Shown piece by piece: positions 54,948 through 64,000 of a DNA stretch of 64,000 nucleotides. Numbering within the stretch: the stretch's first letter is position 1; the number at the start of each line of letters is the position of its first letter. The notes beneath the pieces were generated by a model. It did no database searches. It was not told the DNA's origin and saw only the letters and a list, made by a program, of their open reading frames with translations. The position numbers and the translations under genes were made by a program. Origin of the DNA: Octopus sinensis (Eukaryota); contig NC_042997.1 in assembly GCF_006345805.1 (NCBI RefSeq), positions 10,354,001 to 10,418,000 on the forward strand, given 5' to 3'.

Positions 54948-55504
54948 GGAGTGAGAGAGTAGTGCATGCCATCAAAGTGACACTGGGGTAAAATATACGA
55001 AGCCCAATATACCCATCATGACTACCCGTCTGATAAGGGTGCACCAGACACATGCATCACAACCATATGAGCGCGACATGGTGATCTCATATCAAGATAA
55101 ACAGCTCATGACCTTGCATGTGGGGCCCAGTTAGAATTCTCTTCTAGTTGGTAGCCCATCCCGTTCAAAAGGTCCCTGAATACGGGTTGTTTAAGGATGT
55201 TGAACGAACCACCCACGGTTCCAAAGGTGAATTATCCTAACCTCCAAGCATTCCTTTCAAGACACGGTTATGATGCTTCCCCACTACTTCTGCTTGTGAT
55301 CAGAGATGCACATATTGTCAGCACTATGGAGCATGCTCAACTGGTTATGGTCAAACAACTGACAAGCAAATCCGTGGTATTGAGCAGAATATTTGCAGTA
55401 GCCAATCTTTTATACCAAGACAAAACAATGTACATGACAACACTTCCAATCAGTTAAGATCAGCAGCCATGAAAGCCATTGTCTGGTACTGCATCAGAGC
55501 ATTT
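54948..55504 (-). mobile_element. non-coding (TAA)n-embedded element, copy 2 (longest, ~560 bp)
   Basis: See copy 1. Confidence 0.8.
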
Positions 55505-55509
55505 ATTAA

Positions 55510-55610
<101 letters not shown>

Positions 55611-55669
55611 CATTATTATTATTATTATTTATTTTTTATTATTATTATTATTTATTATTATTATTATTA

Positions 55670-55702
<33 letters not shown>

Positions 55703-55716
55703 TATTATTATTATTA

Positions 55717-55764
<48 letters not shown>

Positions 55765-55789
55765 CTTTATAACTTACGAGTTGCTTTGA

Positions 55790-56700
55790 TCTCCTTTTCA
55801 GTTTGGATGATCATGTCCTGAGTGACTGTGTTCAGATGATTTTCATCTATCCTCTTTAGTATATGTTAATACCACTTCTTATACCTTTTAATCTCGATAC
55901 GTTGATATTTAGCCCAGTGGACACAAGGATACTGACTCGTTTCTAATGCTTTATGTACTCAGACTTTGCAAGAATTCAGCAGTCAAAAATGATGAGGTCA
56001 AACCTCTCGATTTTAACATTTTCGTTATATTATTTGTGTATCTTTTTCAAGTTAGGTATTGGTTTTCTATAGCTGGAACCAGATCTTGTGCGGTTGCTTT
56101 TAACCCAGAGCTTTTGGATCATTGTTGTTTTCACTTTGGTTCCATTTCCTCTTCATCGACTATCGCAGGATTGATTATGCAAAGATCTTTTGTTCTCCAT
56201 CTTTCCTCAGTATATTTTACTGCGTAGATTTTTCTATTTAAAAGTATAGTCTATCTATATTAGTTTAGCGTGGTGGGTTAGCAACGCTGTCAGAAGTTAC
56301 CCTGTTTTTTTTATGATTTTTTTGTATCTATGATTTTGTTTTTTCGCATAAATTCTACTTTATGTTGAAATTGTTTGTTACAGCTGAAGCGTTTATAACT
56401 CCTATCATGGTTCTAGTATTGAGTTCGGGTTTAGTATCACTATTCTATAGTTCTCTTTTCTAATTTTATCATTCATATCAGTCTGTTGTATTATATCAGT
56501 TTCATCTGGTCCGAAGTATTTTATGTTTGGCTCAGAGTTAATGCTCAGATTTCGCTATCAATATTTCATTCCTTTTGAGTACAATACCGTATGTAATTAT
56601 TTCCTCTTTACCTTTTAGTGATGTTACTATTTTCTAGTTTGACTTGAAAGGAATACTGTATTTCATTGGTTTGGACTTGCTTTGCTTATGTACTGTGACT
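55790..56700 (-). mobile_element. probable decayed R4/Dong 5' region
   Basis: A-rich coding-like bias on the minus strand, a W..RIE-like motif, and an adjacent (TAA)n. Confidence 0.35.
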
Positions 56701-56944
56701 CTTGTATCCAGGAGCGTGGAATGCTAAAATATGCTTTGAAGTAAACTGGTAAAGTAGTTAGGGCATCTATGTTTCTTCTTATAATTCTGAGTTCAAATCA
56801 CGATGCCGACTTTGACTTCTATCCATTTGTGATCGATAAAATAATTAGCAACCTAGTCCTTGATTCGATGGCATTAGCTAATTCCTCTACTCACAAAATT
56901 GCTAGTCTTGTGCGTAAATCAAAAAATAATATTGTTATTGTTAT

Positions 56945-57700
56945 TATAGCGGTGATTTGTGCTCAGGTTTAGTAACATCATGACTCCACAAATCGCAAGA
57001 AAATTTATTAGAATATAGGATGGGACTTTTCTGCAAGCAAGCAACACGTATAACAATTCCAGTTTCTTCAACGCCTTAGATATTACTTCGGACATACTGC
57101 TAGGTGTCAATTACGTCAGAAGAAATGTTCTTCTTAGTGTTCCGCAATCTCTTCATCTATCTTATATGATCCTGATATCAATCGATTTTCTCGGTTTCTT
57201 TGATATCCAGTCTATTATCACATTGGGATTGCAAAGTTTATGATTTACACTGTTTGTACTTCCCCTCCTTCACGATCACATATCGTCTCCTTAATTCGAT
57301 TGTATGATTAGTCTCAATGGAGAACTCATATAAAATTTGAAATTATCATTCACTCTGGCAGTTCCTGGCTTGTATTCATACTTCAGATCTACAGATCTAC
57401 AAATATCTCTGGACATTTTCCTCACCCCACTCATGCCTCCGTTCATATTCTTTATCTGGTAGCTCAACACACTCTCCTTCAAGATGGGTATTACTTTTGT
57501 CTGCTTTCTTTGTTTACTATCTATGTTTTTATCAATTTTTGTGCTTATCGAATTCATACAAATAATTTGTTCCCGAGTGGTTCTAGTTACTGATTCAGTT
57601 TCTGTTTTAAGTTTTCATAGATTAGATAAAACCATCATTCTGAATTTTCAGTATATTTTGTTTGTTGCTCCGTTTAGCAATTTGTTCTCTCGTTCGTCTT
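56945..57700 (-). mobile_element. decayed R4/Dong 3' region
   Basis: KEYERRHEW..ILYEFSIETNHTIELRR..DNRLDIKETEKID..LQKSPIL. Confidence 0.7.
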
Positions 57701-57948
57701 TCTATTCTTGAAATCATTGAGCTTTCAATGACTTCTTCGATATCTCTTGTCGCAAATATAACAGTCTACCATCATTATGTACCACATAGTTTTCCAAAAT
57801 TGTTACCTTGATGTCTTCTGTATTGAACAAAACTTTGCTTCTTGTTTTCGTGTAATGTGCATTGTGCATTATGAGGATCATCCAGAAAAGGGAGAACAGA
57901 TAAAATTTGAAATGAGCAAAAATAAAATTGAAAGACATCTTCTATATC

Positions 57949-58059
<111 letters not shown>

Positions 58060-58074
58060 ATCATTATTATCATT

Positions 58075-58358
58075 ATTTTTAAGGCGACGAGATGGGAGAT
58101 TCGTTATCACACCGGGCAAAATGTTTAGCGGGATTTCGGTCGTCCTTACCAAATCCTGAGGTCGACTTTGCCTTTAGTAGAAAGGATTATTATTATAATA
58201 TTATTATTATTATTATTATCATTATTATTATCATCATTATTATCATTATTTTTAAGGCGACGAGATGGCAGATTCGTTATCACCCCGGGCAAAATGTTTA
58301 GCGGCATTTCGGTCGTCCTTACCAAATCCTGAAGTCAACTTTGCCTTTAGTGGAAAGG

Positions 58359-58359
<1 letters not shown>
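58075..58359 (+). repeat. tandem duplication of a truncated family B SINE plus (ATT)n unit
   Basis: Two near-identical ~112-bp units (58075, 58248) share the same internal deletion. Confidence 0.9.
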
Positions 58360-58423
<64 letters not shown>

Positions 58424-58882
58424 CATCATCATCATCATCATCATTATCATCATCATTATTTTCATCACACTAAAAGCGTTACAACGTGTATCCATGAGCC
58501 GAAACTGGACGACCGGACTTCATTAGACGTGTACGAACATTTCTAAGAATACTCAGTTCCTTAGTACGAGTGGAGGATTGGAATTGCATCTTAGATATAC
58601 GATGGAATTGCGTAGATTTAATCTATAGAAGGACCTCCACAAACTTCGCAGACCTATTCGAAGAATTTCAAACGACTATGAGATACCGACATGGATTTCC
58701 TAAATATTCTCGTACATAGGTATGCAGCAATCATTTGTGTCACCCACTTCGTAATCAACTAGAGTGTTCGTGTGTTCGTTACATTAGCATATAATGATAG
58801 TGTGGGGCGCAAACCTTTTAATAGCCTATACAGACTACAAATTTATGACTTGCACATTCGACTTAAGAATCATAGACAGAGG

Positions 58883-59173
58883 CCCATGCTTCCAAAGTTG
58901 AAGTATTCAAACCCCCAAGAATCCCTCTCAGCACATGGCTATGATGCTCCCCCACTACTTCTGTTCATGATCAGAGATGCACATATCGTCAGCCACAAAG
59001 GATCATGGTCAACTGGTTAAGGGTAAACAACTGGCAAGCAAATCTGTGGTATTGAGTAGAATATTTGCTGTAGCCCATCTTTTATACCAAGACAAATCAA
59101 TGTACATGATAACACTTCCAATCAGTCAAGATCAGAAGCCACGAGAGCCACTGCCCGGTACTGCATCAGGACA
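58883..59173 (-). mobile_element. non-coding (TAA)n-embedded element, copy 3 (partial)
   Basis: Matches 55213-55504. Confidence 0.8.
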
Positions 59174-59189
59174 GTATTATTATTATTAT

Positions 59190-59220
<31 letters not shown>

Positions 59221-59233
59221 ATCATCATCATCA

Positions 59234-59284
<51 letters not shown>

Positions 59285-60524
59285 TATTATTATTGTTATT
59301 ATTATTATTATTATTATCATCATCATCATCATCATCACAGGACGCAACGACGATAATAAAGATGATGATGGTAATGAAGATGATGATTTTTCATTATCAT
59401 ACTTAATTCTTTTCTAATCAATATTCTTGGGTAATCATTATCTGTGTGCATGTATAACAATAAACATTAGCAGTAGTAAAAGGTATTGGACGGCGAGAAT
59501 AGTGGCAAGAGAAGAGAGAGAAGGAGACAAGAATTAGGAGAGAGAAAGAAGGAAAAGGCTAAGAGTAGCTACAGGGGCATTGTAAAAGGTTGAGTATAAA
59601 AACTATAGAATAAATGCGTGTACCGATGGGAATAAAGATGTGTAATAATTTACCCACTCTGCAGATATATTTATCTGCTGTAGTAGACTAGAACATTATA
59701 GTATACAACGTGCCAGGTGTTGAATTAGGTTTTCTGCCAAGTCAGAAATGTCGTGTATAGGAATGAAATATTTTGTGATGACTTCTCTGTTTAACCCTCT
59801 ACTACCTTAGAGAATTATTAGTTTCAGCTTCAAGTAGGCATTGCAAGAAATGAGAGTATTTCTTAAAGAAAAAGTCGTTTCAAAACACAGAGCGCATTCA
59901 AACATTATTATGTTAAATTAACATCTAAAAGGAGACTACAAAATGAGGTTGAAACTGCTTCTTCTCACTTTTCTTACAGTATTATGTAGTTTAAAGCGTT
60001 CTTCAGAGGTAATTGAAATGCAGTTGGATTTTAGCACCAATTAAGGTGGTGAAACTAAATATATTACACAGGGCCTTGGATTCTTTTCCTTTCTTTTCAA
60101 TGGCGACTGCAATTGATTTTGTAAGAGAAAGTAACAAACAAAACCTAGGAATATTCATCACATGTCGGTTTTCTTTTGTTTATTCTTAAAACTACGGTGG
60201 ATACAAAATTCTCAATTTTAAATATCTGTTCGTTAATCTGATTCTGCTAACCCCGTAGATGATAATGGATATTTTAGTTCCTTTATGCTGCTTACCAGTA
60301 GAAAATCCCATACATGTTGTAATATTCATTTATTCTGCTCAATAAAGTCAATAGCGTTGAACCCGCCGCCGTAAATGAATATTTGTGAAAATGAAATTTT
60401 AAGCAATCTATTTCGTTCATCAAATAATTCTTTGCAACAAATATTATATATATATAATCATAGTATATATCGTTTATGAAATTGTTTTGCAAAATTCATG
60501 GTGTGAAATCGGGTGTTGAAACAG

Positions 60525-61182
60525 ATATTGTTATATTTCAGGATAATGTTGTTTTTTTCTCTTGCCAAGTAAACACATGTACTATATATTCGTTGTTGTT
60601 TATTACTGTTCTTATTTTATGTTTGTTGTCTGGAAACCTTTCTAATGGAAAGACAGAATGAACCAAACAAAACAGGAGGAGACACGTCGGGTGGAATCTC
60701 GCTGAACAGATCACAGGTGTGTGACGAAAGATTTCCAGGCAATGAACATAAAATAAGAACTAATAAACAAGTGAACAACGAATATATACCACGTGTATCT
60801 ATTAGGCAAGGTGTGAGGGCGCGTGGCTTAGTGGTTAGGGCATTCGGCTCATGATCGTAAGGTTGTGAGTTCGATTCCCGGCGACGCGTTGTGTCCTTGA
60901 GCAAGACACTTTATTTCACGTTGCTCCAGTCCACTCAGCTGACAAAAATGAGTTGTACTTGTATTTCAAAGGGTCAGCCTTGTCACTCTCTGTGTCACGC
61001 TGATTATCCCCGAGAACTACGTTAAGGGTACACGTGTCTGTGGAATGCTCAGCCATTTGCACGTTAATTTCACGAGCAAGCTGTTCCGTTGATCGTATCA
61101 GCTGGGACCCTCGTCGTCGTAACCGGCGGAGTCTTTAGATTAGGCAAGGTAAAAATTAAATACAGAAATATAACAACATTGC
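60525..61182. mobile_element. fold-back MITE interrupted by a SINE
   Basis: Arm 60560-60642 pairs with 60727-60810, and pairing resumes after the SINE (61150-61182). Confidence 0.65.
60813..61138 (+). mobile_element. CORE-like tRNA SINE (family D) with TSD; tail shared with the 18392 copy
   Basis: A/B boxes and GTGTCCTTGAGCAAGACACTT. 12-bp TSD ATTAGGCAAGGT at 60801 and 61139. Confidence 0.9.
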
Positions 61183-61399
61183 ACATATATATATATATAT
61201 AAATCAGCCGAAATTGCGAAATCGTTCATGACTGAGGATACAAAGCTTCGAATGACCCGTCCTTGTTTTCTTTTTTGTGTATCGTCTATCTGAATGTTTT
61301 GTTGTCCCTTTTTGTATCACCTAGTTGTACGGATGTTTTGCGTTCTTGTCCCATTTTGTATTTTATGTATATATATATATATATATATATGCACACGAG

Positions 61400-61570
61400 T
61401 GGCTGTGTGGTAAGAAGCTTGCTTACCAACCACATGATTCCGGGTTAAGTCTCACTGCGTGGCACCTTTGGCAAGTATCTTCTACTGTAGTATCTTGCCG
61501 ACCAAAGCCCTGTCAGTGGATTTGATAGACGGAAACAGGAAGAAGCCCGTCCTATATATATATATATATA

Positions 61571-61630
<60 letters not shown>
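61400..61630 (+). mobile_element. SINE family C 5' half
   Basis: Similarity to 33330; ends at the internal microsatellite. Confidence 0.8.
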
Positions 61631-61632
<2 letters not shown>

Positions 61633-61774
61633 TGTTCTATTGTTCGTGTTCTTATATTAACTCTGAGGATATTTACGGGATTCCAGATATAAGAAGTGAA
61701 ATTTCGATCGCACAACATGATAATATTTGTTAGCCACTAGGTGAGCTTTACATATATATATATATATATAATAT

Positions 61775-61805
<31 letters not shown>

Positions 61806-62025
61806 GATAATGCTTCAATTAGTAGGAAAGTATTCGAGCTGCTAAGAGAGTAAAGATAATCTTTTAACAAAAAAAGGATAAATCTTGTAAATGCAGCTAC
61901 CCAAGGTTTCAGGTCGAAATAATAATTCATACCGCCATTAATCAAGCTGAGTTCACTGCAGTGTTGCCAGCATTGACAAACAAATTCAGTTCTGCAGACA
62001 CACACACACACACCAATACTAATAT

Positions 62026-62085
<60 letters not shown>

Positions 62086-62473
62086 CCCAGCATTTTCCGA
62101 GTTTCTTCAGAACTAAAATAAATACAACCATACAAATCACTATGCTTTGAATAACTTGTTTTAAAAAGATTTTCGAAATATTCGGTTGATCCAGTTATGT
62201 TGATTCACTCAGAATTGTTAAATAAAAGCGTTCTCTAATGTAGTTCTTTTATAAAGTTGAGCTTCATAAAAATACACAAAATAAACGAACAAGTTTATAT
62301 GGAAAATACTATAAAATTTCTCTTCCATTTTTAAAATATATTTTCCAGAAAAACATTATTCTTTGAAAACAATATTCTTCTAATTCACATAACTTACGCT
62401 TAAAAGAATTTTTCAAGCGAATAACTTTTTGCCAGTGTCTAAAGCAGTTCTTCGGGGAATGCAATATTCTTAC

Positions 62474-62910
62474 TTATTCTATCTGATGCTAAACGACAAA
62501 ACTATAGAAGCACTCAGGTAGACTATGACCTTGTGCACAGCTCGCTGTGAAGTACGCCTATAGCTGTAGCCACTTCAATTTAGGCAGCAACTATTTTGCT
62601 CAATACTTACTGAAATACGTTCTTTGCTTTCAGCCTGATAATTTTCTTACACATCGCTAATGAAGCATTTCATATTCATCTTCCATTTTCCAAATAACTA
62701 GTATATTATCTTGCCCAAATCAACTGTCAGCCAACCAGAACATTGCTGAACTAGCTACATTGTTCCCCAAACTTTTCTATAAGTCTTTACGTATATATTT
62801 TTAGTTATTCTATCTGGTGCTAAAAGAAAAAAAAACTATAGAAGCACCCAGGTAGACAATGACCTTGCGCTCACTGAGAAGTACGCCTATAGCTGTAGCC
62901 ACTTCAATTT
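62474..62910 (+). repeat. ~107-bp direct repeats (62474-62581, 62805-62910) around a ~223-bp spacer
   Basis: Both copies end in GAAGTACGCCTATAGCTGTAGCCACTTCAATTT. Confidence 0.85.
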
Positions 62911-63622
62911 GTATATATATATATGACAGTGTATATGCATGTGTACTAAACTTACATTCAACTTCTCAGATGAAATCCTACGCATGCAACTTTATGTTAA
63001 TTTATGTATGTACGTATGTGTGTTCCCTTTTAAGCTTATCTCTATAGATTTTCCATAGAATTTAGAGCTAGCACATGAAATTACGACGTTTCGTATACAG
63101 AAACATATATTTAAACAACGTAAGGGGCGTATATACATACTTTAGGCGCTATTGTACTTTCATCAGCACTACATCCAACCCTTCAACAATCCACGGACAT
63201 GTTGCATTTTTATGCAACATGTAAGTTTAGCGACCAATTCGCATATTACAAACATGCCTGGCAACTGGTATGCACATATCAATTGCTGGCAAGGACACGG
63301 TCTTTCTTTTGCAACCTTAATATTCTACCAAGTATATTATAAGTTTAGAAGATAAAAAGGCAATAACCTTTGAAATATGCATATACACCTATTACCTATT
63401 TTTCTATCTTCGATCAATTGTTTACAAAGACGTATTTCTTTACGAAATGTAGCAATTTCCAGTAGTAGCTCTGAATTCTATAGATATTCTATATAGTTAA
63501 ACTTAAAGGAGAAATATTTGTTCTGTTTCTCTCTCTCTCTCTCCCTCTCGTCTCCCTCTCTCTCTCTCTCTCTCTTTCTCTCATATATATATATATACAT
63601 ATATATATAATATATGGTATAT

Positions 63623-63684
<62 letters not shown>

Positions 63685-63689
63685 CTATT

Positions 63690-63880
63690 TTTATTTGTAC
63701 TTATTTCAGTCATTTGACTGCGACCGTGCAGGAGTACCTCCTTCAGTCGAACAAGTCGACCCCTGAACTTATTCTTTGTAAGCCTAGTACTTATTCTAGT
63801 TATAGGGACGTAATATATATATATATATTTATATACGACGGGCTTCTTTCCGTTTCCATCTACCAAATCGATTCACAAGG
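63690..63880 (-). mobile_element. SINE family C, internally deleted
   Basis: Reverse complement of parts of 33330-33747. Confidence 0.75.
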
Positions 63881-64000
63881 ATTTTCTTTCCTTTCCTGAG
63901 CGTCCGATAACACAGTACTTGCACACGTCCTCGCGTTGTAGTTTTTTTCATGTTTGTTCTCGTTTGGATTGACTATATACATATATTGAGCAAGATACTT

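Overview
AT-rich, intron/intergenic-type animal DNA. It is most likely an octopus/coleoid cephalopod, inferred from the SINE types and the extreme microsatellite density; I could not verify this without a search. No intact protein-coding gene can be supported, and almost all listed ORFs are microsatellite artefacts. The window is dominated by microsatellites, several tRNA-derived SINE families (Meta-like and CORE-like domains, with interchangeable tails), fold-back MITEs and decayed transposons (mariner, DD37D/maT, Sola2-like, Gypsy, L1/Tx1-like, Penelope). Best leads: (i) a cluster of R4/Dong retrotransposons sitting in (TAA)n tracts at ~49-59 kb, including an internally deleted 1.1-kb copy and a non-coding ~560-bp partner element with the same strand-specific target; (ii) a minimal type I hammerhead ribozyme in a Penelope terminal repeat; (iii) a spliced, disrupted IFIT-like TPR gene relic at ~13.2-13.8 kb; (iv) a compact four-exon minus-strand gene candidate at ~21.8-22.4 kb that the ORF track misses; (v) recurrent close inverted repeats that would be ADAR substrates if transcribed. 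All family calls come from motif recognition by eye, and boundaries are approximate unless a TSD, TIR or splice site is given.
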